Assembly: GCA_944391335.1 (NCBI GenBank) | Contig: CALXTF010000002.1 | Coordinates: forward strand, 11,801-75,800 | Direction: 5' to 3' | DNA from: an uncultured Alphaproteobacteria bacterium | GTDB lineage: Bacteria > Pseudomonadota > Alphaproteobacteria > RF32 > CAG-239 | Length of the DNA stretch: 64,000 nucleotides | Shown: positions 1 to 10,354 of the stretch, piece by piece | How positions within the stretch are numbered: position 1 is the stretch's first letter | Layout of the letters: each line of letters opens with the position of its first letter | The notes under the pieces: generated by a model | Databases searched by the model: none | What the model was told of the DNA's origin: nothing | What the model saw: only the letters and a program-made list of their open reading frames with translations | Made by a program: the position numbers and the translations under genes

Positions 1-115
1 AATGAAAAGATATTTGCAAATATTTTTTGAATAGTTTTGCATAGTTATTTACATAGACTTGACAAACAAGAGAAAATGATAAAAGTTATAAGCAGTTTTG
101 ATAATTTAATTTTAG

Positions 116-1402
<1,287 letters not shown>

Positions 1403-1424
1403 GAAATGATTTAATTTAAAAAAA

Positions 1425-1452
1425 ACTACTCCATAAAAGGAGTAGTTTTTTT
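1425..1452 (+). terminator. Intrinsic terminator after eno
   Basis: Stem actactcc/ggagtagt with a 6-nt loop, followed by a T-run. Confidence 0.8.
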
Positions 1453-1458
1453 ATGATT

Positions 1459-1588
1459 CGAACGTAACACTACCTGCGTAAGCAGGTAGATGTAGACATA
1501 CCTGCCCAGCCGTTAGGCTTGCGAAGCCTTTGGGCAGGGCGAACGTAGTTCGGAACAGGTAATACCACTTGCGTTAGCTAGTGGAAGT
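1459..1588 (+). repeat. 130-bp multi-hairpin repeat element, copy A
   Basis: Reverse complement matches 10179..10308 at 127 of 130 positions by manual alignment. Contains four hairpins, for example ctacctgc-GTAA-gcaggtag and cctgccca...tgggcagg. Flanked by TTATGATT at 1451-1458 and 1589-1596. Confidence 0.9.
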
Positions 1589-1716
1589 TTATGATTTTAA
1601 GCCCATAAAAAACAAATATAAATAAAAAAACCAATAAAAACATTGACAAATTATATTTTTGGATATACCTTTGACAAATATTATAACTTATTTTATCAAC
1701 TATTAAATTTATCATT

Positions 1717-2049
1717 ATGGAAAAAAATGTTTTTGTTCTTCCGGTTAAGATTATCTTGACTATCTGTATATTCTTTAACCTATTGTTGAGTCTGTGTGAA
1801 TTACCTCTTGGCATAGTGGTTCTATCTGGAATTTGTTTTTTGGCTAGCTGTGGTATGTTGATACAACAAAGCCAGCAATTATTTTTTATTGGGATTGCTC
1901 TTTGTTTTGCAGCTTACTTAATAAAATACATTCCTATTTTACTAGGTATAACAAGAGAAGATACTGTCGTATTTTCTTTTATTTTTGCAGTTTGTGGCAT
2001 TTACGCTCTTGTTGTATCTATAATAGAAAATGAAAAACAGAAAATCTAA
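1717..2049 (+). CDS. Hypothetical small multi-pass membrane protein (110 aa)
   Basis: Strongly hydrophobic ORF followed by the bidirectional terminator at 2056-2091. Competing minus-strand ORFs look like low-complexity antisense artefacts. No recognisable family. Confidence 0.5.
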   Translation: MEKNVFVLPVKIILTICIFFNLLLSLCELPLGIVVLSGICFLASCGMLIQQSQQLFFIGIALCFAAYLIKYIPILLGITREDTVVFSFIFAVCGIYALVVSIIENEKQKI

Positions 2050-2055
2050 GGACAC

Positions 2056-2091
2056 AAAAAAGGCGGAAAGAAAATTCTTTCCGCCTTTTTG
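2056..2091. terminator. Bidirectional intrinsic terminator (small membrane ORF / tig)
   Basis: Stem ggcggaaag/ctttccgcc flanked by an A-run and a T-run. Confidence 0.75.
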
Positions 2092-2107
2092 TTTATGAAC
2101 ATAATTA

Positions 2108-3481
2108 TTATAAACTCGCTTTTTTCTTATGTGATTTTTGCTTTTTATCCGAAGCTTCATCTTCATCAAAAGAATATAATTCTTCAACCGAAACTTTTTT
2201 CTCATTAACTTTAGCTTTAGCGAGAACAAAATCAATGATTTTTTCCTCAAAGACAGGAGCGCGTAGGGCTTCAACAGCTTTGGCGTTTTTTAAATAAAAA
2301 TCGAACACGACTTTTTCTTGTCCCGGATATTTTTGAGCTTCTTTCATAATGGCTTTATTTAAATCATCAGCACTTACGGTAACTTTAGCTTCAGAACCGA
2401 CTTCAGATAATAACAAGCCCAGTTTAACACGGCGAGAGGCTATTTTTTTATATTCCTTCATTAATTCGTCTTCAGGAGTATTTTTTTCATGTTCATCCAA
2501 CTGATTTAACTCTTTCGCGCGTTTATATTGAGCTTCAATCGCTTTAAATTCTTCTTCCACCAAACTTTCAGGAACTTCGAAATTATAAGTTTCATCCAAA
2601 CGATCCAACAATGTGCGTTTTAATTTCAAACGGGAAGCATTTTCATAATCATTTATAATCCGTTTTCTTATGCTGTCTTTTAGATCTTCCAAACTTTTAG
2701 AACCAACAGATTTAGCAAATTCATCATTAACTTCTATATCTTTGGGCTGACGAATTTCTTTAACTGTTACCGCAAAAACAGCGTCTTTGCCGGCTAAATT
2801 CTTTGCATGATAATCTTCAGGGAATTTAACATTAACATCTATTTTATCATTGACCTTACATCCGACCAACTGATCTTCAAAACCGGGGATAAACGTATTT
2901 GATCCTAATTCGAGGGGATAATCATTACCTTTTCCGCCTTGGAATTCTTCACCATTGATTGAACCGACAAAATCTATAACCAGAGTTTCACCTTTTTGCG
3001 CCTGATGATTTTCATCTTCAATTTTGGATGTTTCACGACGGGAAGAAACAATATATTTCAAAGCTTTTTCCACTTCTTCTTCTGGAACATCTGCCATTAA
3101 TTTTTCAACAACGATTTCAGAAAAATCACCGACCTTAATTTCCGGCAATATTTCCGCCTCTATATCAAATTCTATATTTTTACCGTCTTCAAATTTTGTA
3201 ATATTAATATTAGGATGTAAAGCCAATTTTAATTTATTTTCTTTAATGACTTCATCTGTTGTTTCGCGGACGATTTCATCCAAAGCTTCCCCCATAACCG
3301 AAGCGCGGTATTTCTGTTTCAACATTTCTTTTGGGGCTTTTCCCGGGCGAAAACCTGGAAGTTTAACTTTTTTACCGAGATCATTTAATTTTTTTTCGAT
3401 TTTTGCTTCAAAATCTTTGTTTTCGATAACCACCTGATATTTTTTCTTCAGTCCATCTTTTTTCTGTTCTGTAACCTTCAT
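2108..3481 (-). CDS. tig: Trigger factor
   Basis: 457 aa. N-terminus MKVTEQKKDGLKKKYQVVIE, an FKBP-type middle region and an acidic/lysine-rich tail. tRNA-Leu lies immediately upstream, as in many bacteria. Confidence 0.93.
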   Translation of the reverse strand: MKVTEQKKDGLKKKYQVVIENKDFEAKIEKKLNDLGKKVKLPGFRPGKAPKEMLKQKYRASVMGEALDEIVRETTDEVIKENKLKLALHPNINITKFEDGKNIEFDIEAEILPEIKVGDFSEIVVEKLMADVPEEEVEKALKYIVSSRRETSKIEDENHQAQKGETLVIDFVGSINGEEFQGGKGNDYPLELGSNTFIPGFEDQLVGCKVNDKIDVNVKFPEDYHAKNLAGKDAVFAVTVKEIRQPKDIEVNDEFAKSVGSKSLEDLKDSIRKRIINDYENASRLKLKRTLLDRLDETYNFEVPESLVEEEFKAIEAQYKRAKELNQLDEHEKNTPEDELMKEYKKIASRRVKLGLLLSEVGSEAKVTVSADDLNKAIMKEAQKYPGQEKVVFDFYLKNAKAVEALRAPVFEEKIIDFVLAKAKVNEKKVSVEELYSFDEDEASDKKQKSHKKKASL

Positions 3482-3515
3482 TTTCTTCTCTATCTAAAAA
3501 CGTTGAAACTAATTT

Positions 3516-3600
3516 TGGTGCGGGCGAAGGGACTTGAACCCCCACGACTTGCGTCATCAGAACCTAAATCTGACGTGTCTGCCAATTTCACCACGCCCGC
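3516..3600 (-). tRNA. tRNA-Leu (anticodon UAG), type II with long variable arm, CCA encoded
   Basis: The reverse complement reads GCGGGCG...CAGATTTAGGTTCTG...GGTTCAAGTCCC...CGCCCGCACCA. Acceptor stem pairs 7/7 and the anticodon loop is tTTAGgt. Confidence 0.9.
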
Positions 3601-3752
3601 ATGATAAAATTCTTCACGATAGTACTCAAATTATTTTATAAATCAAGTCTAAAATACGAAAAAGCAACAAGAAAAGCATATAGACTATTGCAAAACATAT
3701 AAAAATATGTAATATCCGATTAAATTTAACAATTTTTAAAGTATTGATAAAC

Positions 3753-5336
3753 ATGAACCAGATAAATTTAAGAAAAACTTTCGCAATTATTTCCCATCCG
3801 GACGCCGGTAAAACGACCTTAACCGAAAAATTGCTCTTATTCGGCGGAGCTATTCAACAAGCCGGTGCGGTTAAGGCAAGAGGCGAAAATAGACGCGCTC
3901 ATTCCGATTGGATGAAAGTTGAACAAGAACGTGGAATTTCTGTTGCGTCATCAGTTATGACTTTTGATTATAAAGATATTACTTTTAATCTTCTTGATAC
4001 CCCCGGACATGAAGATTTTTCAGAAGATACTTATCGTGTGCTAACTGCCGTAGATTCTGCCGTTATGGTTATTGATTCCGCAAAAGGTATTGAAACGCAA
4101 ACAAAAAAATTATTTGAAGTTTGCCGCTTGCGCAATGTCCCGATTATCACTTTTATTAACAAATTGGATCGTGAAGGAAAAGATCCATTTGAACTTCTTG
4201 ACGATATTGAAAAAACATTAGCTTTAGATGTTACTCCGGCAAGTTGGCCTATTGGTATGGGTAAAGATTTCTTAGGATGTTATGATCTTATCGGTGATCA
4301 ATTGATTTTGATGAATAAAACCGGAGATAAATCACAAAAAAATACAACCATCGAAACTTGTAAAGGATTAGATGATGAAAAACTCGACCACTTGCTGCCG
4401 GCATATGCTGTGGCTAAATTGCGTGAAGATGTAGAAATGGTGCGTGAACTATGTCCGGTTTTTGATAAAGAGCTTTATTTAGCCGGTGCTTTAACTCCTG
4501 TTTTTTTCGGCAGCGCGATTAACAATTTCGGCGTACAGGAGATTTTGGAAGGATTACATAGTATAGCTCCTTCTCCTCGTCCCCAACCAACCGCTGAACG
4601 AGAAATTCTGCCAACGGAAGATAAAGTTACCGGTTTTATTTTTAAAATTCAAGCCAATATGGATCCAAAACATCGGGACCGAATAGCTTTTATGCGTATT
4701 TGTTCCGGACATTTTAAACGAGGAATGAACTTGTTTCAAGTCAGGACGGGAAAACAACTCAAAGTCGCCACTCCGGTGATGTTTTTAGCTCAAGAAAGAG
4801 AATTAGCGGAAGATGCTTTTGTTGGTGATATTATCGGTATACCAAACCACGGACAATTGCGAATTGGAGATTCTCTGACAGAAGGTGAAAAATTACATTT
4901 TACGGGAATCCCGAGTTTTGCTCCGGAATTACTTAAAAGCGTACGCGCACTTGATCCACTTAAATCCAAACATCTCGGCAACGCTCTGCAGCAAATTGCC
5001 GAAGAAGGAGGCGCAAGCGTCTTTAAACCGCTTATCGGGGCAGAATGGATTGTCGGCGTCGTTGGTGTTCTGCAGTTTGAGGTTATGGCAGACCGCATTC
5101 GCACAGAATTCGGAATTCCTGTCGCTTTTGAACCAACACAATATTTTACAGCTCGTTGGCTCTCTGCCGAAAATCCAGATGATTTGAAAAAATTTACTGA
5201 TGCCAATCGCGCTTCCATGGCTACCGACCATGACGGTGCTGAAGTCTTTTTGGCTCGAAATGCTTGGCATTTAAACAAAGCTAAAGAAGATTTTCCTAAA
5301 GTGGAACTCAAAAAAACCAGAGAACAGGTATTTTAA
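3753..5336 (+). CDS. prfC: Peptide chain release factor 3 (GTPase)
   Basis: G1 motif AIISHPDAGKTTLTEKLL, DTPGHEDF and NKLDR. The ATG at 3753 is preferred over the TTG at 3744 used by the ORF track. Confidence 0.94.
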   Translation: MNQINLRKTFAIISHPDAGKTTLTEKLLLFGGAIQQAGAVKARGENRRAHSDWMKVEQERGISVASSVMTFDYKDITFNLLDTPGHEDFSEDTYRVLTAVDSAVMVIDSAKGIETQTKKLFEVCRLRNVPIITFINKLDREGKDPFELLDDIEKTLALDVTPASWPIGMGKDFLGCYDLIGDQLILMNKTGDKSQKNTTIETCKGLDDEKLDHLLPAYAVAKLREDVEMVRELCPVFDKELYLAGALTPVFFGSAINNFGVQEILEGLHSIAPSPRPQPTAEREILPTEDKVTGFIFKIQANMDPKHRDRIAFMRICSGHFKRGMNLFQVRTGKQLKVATPVMFLAQERELAEDAFVGDIIGIPNHGQLRIGDSLTEGEKLHFTGIPSFAPELLKSVRALDPLKSKHLGNALQQIAEEGGASVFKPLIGAEWIVGVVGVLQFEVMADRIRTEFGIPVAFEPTQYFTARWLSAENPDDLKKFTDANRASMATDHDGAEVFLARNAWHLNKAKEDFPKVELKKTREQVF

Positions 5337-5360
5337 TCATACCGACTGTTTTATTTACTC

Positions 5361-5396
5361 AAAATCCCCACTGATGACATCTATGGGGATTTTTTC
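5361..5396. terminator. Bidirectional terminator between prfC and the 446-aa gene
   Basis: Stem aatcccca/tggggatt with a 13-nt loop, an A-run upstream and a T-run downstream. Confidence 0.7.
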
Positions 5397-5404
5397 AAAC
5401 TTGA

Positions 5405-6745
5405 TTATTTTTTGTTTTCCTTTTTCTTTATATATTTTTCATATTCATATTCTATTTGATTACGCCCAAACATTTCTGAAGTTTGTTTATTATATTTTTC
5501 CGAATGAATAGCCAAACGAGCCGTACTTTCATCTATTAAAGTCGCTTCTTTCCAATTTTTCCATCCCACCATTTTAGCCGAAATTTTCAAAGCCTCATAA
5601 TGTCGAATATTTAACATATTTTTTAGCTTTTTCGCCTTTTGTTTTAAAATTTCCAAATAAATTTCTCCGGCACTTTTCTGAATTTTTAACAAACGATTGT
5701 ATATTTCCGGAATATAATAAGACGGTACTCTTTCCACATATATATCCAATTGCGGAAAAACTTTTTTCATTTCTGACAACAAATCCGATTCCACTATTTT
5801 AGGGTAGTCGCTACCTAATAGAAATCTACCATCGGCAAAAAGTGCGTATTTATAATTATCAGGCGAATAAAATAATTTATCCGACGGACAAACGACACTC
5901 AAACATTTATTGTCATCAGCTAACAAATTGTGAATAAAAATATTCATCTGCAGCTTTTCATCTTCTCTCAATGGAGATTGCGGTTCTTCCTTATAATCTT
6001 CCGCCGGCATAAACCATTCAAACTCTTGCGCTTTTTGGTAGATGGCATCAATATAGTGTTGCGGCACATATTCTCTTTGTAAATAAACATATTCCTCATG
6101 CTGCCGATAAAAAGCATCAATTTTTCGATAATCTTTTATACCAAAATGATTATTATAATCTTCCGATATAAGAAAACGACCGTCATCCATCAGAACCATA
6201 TATTTACGGCATTCGGGATTGATATTTTCATCTTTTGAGGCCGTCAGACAAATATTTCCGCCGGCAAACAATGTTTGAATAAACTTCTTTTGCGGTTCCA
6301 ATTTTTCAAAATAAAAATTCTTTTCATCCGCATAAATATTATTCAAATTTTCGGTAATTTGTTCAATATCCGAAAAAGAATATCCTTTTGTTATATCATA
6401 ATTGCCATAGACTTTTTTTATAAGAAATCCTTTTTGAGCCGCTAATTTTAAGACTTTTTCTATTGTCTTTTGCGGTGTATGAAAACGATAGAATAAAGTA
6501 CCATCGGCAAACAAAATAAAGCGATTGTCATCAAAAGGCAAAAGCACGTCACGAACCATAACCCGACCGGTTGTTTCGGCTTTGGTTTTGACATCATAAT
6601 AAATATTCCGTGCTTTTCTTGAATAAAAAGGATTATATCCGATAGCCTTGGTATAGGCCATCATTTGGATTATTTCTTGAAACGGCAGCATTTGTTGGGA
6701 TTGTGCTAACTTTTTATTATAAAAAACAGAGATATTATCAGTCAT
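5405..6745 (-). CDS. Hypothetical protein with three internal repeat modules
   Basis: 446 aa. Recurring motif RFILFADGTLFY / KYMVLMDDGRFLISEDY / KYALFADGRFLLGSDY, each followed by a Y-rich helical stretch. No family recognised. Confidence 0.8.
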   Translation of the reverse strand: MTDNISVFYNKKLAQSQQMLPFQEIIQMMAYTKAIGYNPFYSRKARNIYYDVKTKAETTGRVMVRDVLLPFDDNRFILFADGTLFYRFHTPQKTIEKVLKLAAQKGFLIKKVYGNYDITKGYSFSDIEQITENLNNIYADEKNFYFEKLEPQKKFIQTLFAGGNICLTASKDENINPECRKYMVLMDDGRFLISEDYNNHFGIKDYRKIDAFYRQHEEYVYLQREYVPQHYIDAIYQKAQEFEWFMPAEDYKEEPQSPLREDEKLQMNIFIHNLLADDNKCLSVVCPSDKLFYSPDNYKYALFADGRFLLGSDYPKIVESDLLSEMKKVFPQLDIYVERVPSYYIPEIYNRLLKIQKSAGEIYLEILKQKAKKLKNMLNIRHYEALKISAKMVGWKNWKEATLIDESTARLAIHSEKYNKQTSEMFGRNQIEYEYEKYIKKKENKK

Positions 6746-6913
6746 GTCTTTAACTCCTTACAGGCGGGAAATTTTTGATGCCTGCCAATCAAAATTCCCT
6801 TATATAAGGGTTAAAGTCAAAACAATATACAAAAGATTGTCTCATCCGAGTTTGCCAACGGCAGGCAGCAAGCGTCAATCATCGCTTATAAGGGAAATGT
6901 ACCACAATTAATC

Positions 6914-8872
6914 TTATTTGTCAATTATACAATTCCAATAACGGCAACCAATATATTCACGAACGGTCTTTAAAACTAATTTATCTTTATCTGCAAAAAT
7001 TGACACACCGCCAGCCAAACGAACATCAAAATCTTGTCCGTCGATTTTAACATAATTACCAGATTCAATTTTTATTCGTTTTTGATAAATGGGGTTGTTT
7101 ATAAATTTATCTTCTGTTTCTTCATCGGCTGCAAATTTAGTCAACCAATTTCTTTTATTCCAACGATTTGCTTGCGGACAAAAGTAATATTTACCATTAT
7201 TATGGTTAAGTACCGCTATGGTTTTTATTTTGGAATCAATAATAACTTCCGGTTTTTGAACGCAGAGAATACTTAAAAAACCGATTATAATAGGTGCTAC
7301 GCCCCATAACCGCCAACGTCCAATCCATAAACACAGCCATAATCCTCCAAAAATTATCAATATAAATCCCCAAAAAGGCATTGATACGACACCAACCACG
7401 GCATTAGGCAAAGAGGCGACCCATAAAGTCAGTTTATTAACAATAGCAAGTCCAAAACCAACGATTTTCAAAGGTAAGACTTCTAATCCTAAAGGCATGG
7501 TTAATAATGATACCAAGATAAAAGGCATAATAATAAAAGAAATTATCGGTCCAGAAAGTAAATTTGTTAAACTGGTATAGAGAGCCACTCGATTAAAATG
7601 ATAGATAGCAAAAGGAAGTGTTGCAACAGAAGCAACAAAATCAGCAACTAAAACACCAACGCAATAAAGCATTAAACCGCGAAAAATTTTATGGGTTAGC
7701 GATATTTTTTCATCGCTTAAAAAATGATTAAGTCGACCTGCAAATTTTTCGTAAAAAGCAACTAATGCCGTTACTGCAGCAAATGACATTTGAAAACTCG
7801 CACTTATTAAAGCTGCCGGAGAAATTATCAAGACAATAAAAGCCGAACAAGCAAGCGTCCTCATTGAAATAGCTTGTCTTTCAAATAAAACAGCGGCTAA
7901 AACCACTTGTGTCATAATAAAGGCACGTTGCGCCGGTACAGACATTCCGGATAAAATTAAATAAACACTACTGACAACAATAGATAATAAAGCGGCTGTT
8001 TTCTTAGAATTAAAACGTAAAGCAAGTGACGGAATTAGAGCCATAAACACGCGAACCAATAAAAACATTAGTCCCGCCAACATACTCATATGCAATCCAG
8101 AAATTGATAAAAAATGAGCTAATCCAGAATCTCTATAAGCTTCGATTAAAGAACGACTGATTTTTGTTTGATCTCCGGCAACAAGAGCTATGGTTACAGC
8201 AGCGCGGTCTGTTGGTAAAATTTCATAGATTCGACGAGAAATATTTTCTCTAAGCATGGCAAAATAATCTTTAAATCGAGGAAATGATGTAATTTTTATA
8301 ACATCACTTGGAATATACCCTGTTCCTGTAACACCTTTAAAATAAAAATTACGATCAAATTCATATCCGCCGACAATGCTGGGTTTAAATAACGGCGAAA
8401 CAACACCTATTAACTCTACGACATCACCAACTTTAATGTCCGGATTTTGATGAATAAGTGTTAAACGATAACGACCTTTAAGTGGATTATCATCAAAATC
8501 AAACATTGAGGAAAGTAAAATCCGCTGACGTCCGTTATAATTAGCGTCTATATTATCTATTTGACCACGAATATATAATTTTTGTTCTTGTTCAAAATTA
8601 ATTTCATCAGATAATAAAATTGTTCTATATTGTATATTTGCAAAGCCTGCCGCAATTAAAAACAATAATAAAAATATAGAACGTAACAATAGATATCGGC
8701 GAAAAACAAATAATCCAACAATCAGAATAAATAAAACAATATTTGTCATAAATAATGAAGGTTCTTCAGGTAATAAAAAATAGATACCGATTCCAAAGGC
8801 AAAAAAAATCGGCAGCCATAATAACCATCGATTACGTTCATAAAGAAAACAAGATATTATTTTAGTCCACAA
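6914..8872 (-). CDS. comEC: ComEC/Rec2-family DNA internalisation channel; no metallo-beta-lactamase domain visible
   Basis: 652 aa polytopic membrane protein with the competence-domain motif GLAHFLSISGLHMSMLAG and an N-terminal OB-like (DUF4131-type) region. No HxHxDH motif in the C-terminus. Confidence 0.85.
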   Translation of the reverse strand: MWTKIISCFLYERNRWLLWLPIFFAFGIGIYFLLPEEPSLFMTNIVLFILIVGLFVFRRYLLLRSIFLLLFLIAAGFANIQYRTILLSDEINFEQEQKLYIRGQIDNIDANYNGRQRILLSSMFDFDDNPLKGRYRLTLIHQNPDIKVGDVVELIGVVSPLFKPSIVGGYEFDRNFYFKGVTGTGYIPSDVIKITSFPRFKDYFAMLRENISRRIYEILPTDRAAVTIALVAGDQTKISRSLIEAYRDSGLAHFLSISGLHMSMLAGLMFLLVRVFMALIPSLALRFNSKKTAALLSIVVSSVYLILSGMSVPAQRAFIMTQVVLAAVLFERQAISMRTLACSAFIVLIISPAALISASFQMSFAAVTALVAFYEKFAGRLNHFLSDEKISLTHKIFRGLMLYCVGVLVADFVASVATLPFAIYHFNRVALYTSLTNLLSGPIISFIIMPFILVSLLTMPLGLEVLPLKIVGFGLAIVNKLTLWVASLPNAVVGVVSMPFWGFILIIFGGLWLCLWIGRWRLWGVAPIIIGFLSILCVQKPEVIIDSKIKTIAVLNHNNGKYYFCPQANRWNKRNWLTKFAADEETEDKFINNPIYQKRIKIESGNYVKIDGQDFDVRLAGGVSIFADKDKLVLKTVREYIGCRYWNCIIDK

Positions 8873-8909
8873 AATTAAACCCTCTCATAACGACAAAATA
8901 TCTTTACCT

Positions 8910-8945
8910 CTAAAAAATAAAAGTGCCAAACTTTTTGTTTGGCAC
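8910..8945 (-). terminator. Intrinsic terminator after the 99-aa gene
   Basis: On the minus strand: stem gtgccaaac/gtttggcac followed by TTTTATTTTTT. Confidence 0.65.
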
Positions 8946-8948
8946 CTC

Positions 8949-9248
8949 TTAATTATTCAACAACATCTGCAATCGATTTTTCACTTCTTCTATATTATTC
9001 AATTCGACAATAATAACATTAACGTCGACCGAAGATATAAAGGAGAGCATATTTTCACTAACAATTAGTGTTCCTGCATTTTTAAATGCATTATTACAAA
9101 CACACTGATCGACAGCGATATAAACAGCTTCCCTATCATAAGATGAAAGCCATGGATTCGCGAAATAACTCACTTCATGAGTTTCATCACCATAAAAAAG
9201 TATTGGTGAAAAATCGGCTAATTCATTTAAAATTTTTTTAATTGTCAT
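8949..9248 (-). CDS. Hypothetical protein (99 aa)
   Basis: Clean ORF with its own terminator. No recognisable motif. Confidence 0.55.
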   Translation of the reverse strand: MTIKKILNELADFSPILFYGDETHEVSYFANPWLSSYDREAVYIAVDQCVCNNAFKNAGTLIVSENMLSFISSVDVNVIIVELNNIEEVKNRLQMLLNN

Positions 9249-9392
9249 AAAATAATGTATTAATAGTGAATATTTGTTTTAATATAACTTATATTTTTAT
9301 ATTTTGTCAACTTATTAATTTTTTTTTATCTTTCACATTTAGAATATATTGTTATAATAACTGTTATTATATTAATTATAAGGGACAAGATT

Positions 9393-10157
9393 ATGAATGA
9401 TTCTTATTCTACTCCGACCAACTTAAATCAACAGATTGGAAACCTATATCAACAAATAATATCAATACCGTTTAATGATATAAATGAGATTATAAAATAT
9501 GAATCTTTAATCAACAGAATGTTGATGCAAGATAATGAGAACATCGAATTATTAATTCTGCAAATGCATCTTGAAATCCTTAATTCCCGTGAACAAAGGG
9601 CAAGAAGCATTGCTGCCAGAATATGGGAGCTTGGAGGAAATCTCTCAAACTTGTTTGAAAAAATGTATCTGGATGATTTATTAAATCTCGGATTATTAGA
9701 AATGGCCATGTTGCTTATTAAACCTCATTTTGAGAATCTTCAAAACGATATAGATATTTATCCCTTGGAAATGATTAAATTTGCCATTATGACAGGGAGT
9801 ATCCCCTTATTAAAGAAAATTATCAACGCAGCACCGCAAAATCCTCTTTATGATGCCCTTAATCAATTCGCCGACGCATATCAACTCAATCATTATGAAG
9901 AGCATTTTAAAAATATTCAAAAAATAGTTATTGAAACTTTTGGTAAAGAAATTTGCGCATATGATTATAATATTTATACAGATAGAGGTTTTACTGATCT
10001 TGAAATTGTTCTTTACTTCAGCAACTCTAACACAGAACTAACCAAATATCTCACTTTGCTTGAAAATAGAATTAATGGATATTTTCTTTCCACACAAACA
10101 AAACGCATCTACAATTTATCGTTTGATTGTCAAAACATCAAAGACCACCCCGAATAA
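9393..10157 (+). CDS. Hypothetical helical protein (254 aa)
   Basis: Long ORF with an AAGGGA-like RBS (taagggacaagattATG). No family recognised. Confidence 0.7.
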   Translation: MNDSYSTPTNLNQQIGNLYQQIISIPFNDINEIIKYESLINRMLMQDNENIELLILQMHLEILNSREQRARSIAARIWELGGNLSNLFEKMYLDDLLNLGLLEMAMLLIKPHFENLQNDIDIYPLEMIKFAIMTGSIPLLKKIINAAPQNPLYDALNQFADAYQLNHYEEHFKNIQKIVIETFGKEICAYDYNIYTDRGFTDLEIVLYFSNSNTELTKYLTLLENRINGYFLSTQTKRIYNLSFDCQNIKDHPE

Positions 10158-10178
10158 AGGCGTGAAAGCATAAAATAA

Positions 10179-10308
10179 ACTTCCACTAGCTAACGCAAGT
10201 GGTATTACCTGTTCCGAACTACGTTCGCCCTGCCCAAAGGCTTCGCAAGCCTAACGGCTGGGCAGGTATGTCTACATCTACCTTTTTTCGCAGGTAGTGT
10301 TACGTTCG
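10179..10308 (-). repeat. 130-bp multi-hairpin repeat element, copy B (inverted relative to copy A)
   Basis: Matches the reverse complement of 1459..1588 except for three clustered substitutions (tacctgctta vs tacctttttt) that weaken hairpin 1. Flanked by (CA)TAAAATAA at 10169-10178 and 10312-10321. Confidence 0.9.
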
Positions 10309-10315
10309 AATCATA

Positions 10316-10351
10316 AAATAAATTCCTCTATTTGGCATGAGGAATTTATTT
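10316..10351. terminator. Bidirectional hairpin between convergent genes
   Basis: Stem ataaattcctc/gaggaatttat with A/T-rich flanks. Confidence 0.55.
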
Positions 10352-10354
10352 TAT

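Noticed and set aside
3024-5311. Antisense or alternative-frame ORFs inside tig and prfC (3024..3437, 4554..4757, 4790..5311, 4885..5187, 4929..5270)
   Set aside because: They lie within strongly supported conserved genes and have biased, low-complexity composition and no RBS. The same reasoning rejects the similar shadow ORFs inside eno, comEC, the giant gene, argS, pgk, the ribosomal genes and others.
6746-6913. Possible structured leader or riboswitch upstream of the 446-aa gene
   Set aside because: Only short hairpins (caggc/gcctg, aagcg/cgctt) and one 14-bp palindrome are present, with no second copy to test covariation. The region also has to contain the comEC terminator. The palindrome is noted under the 446-aa finding and is not called as an RNA element.
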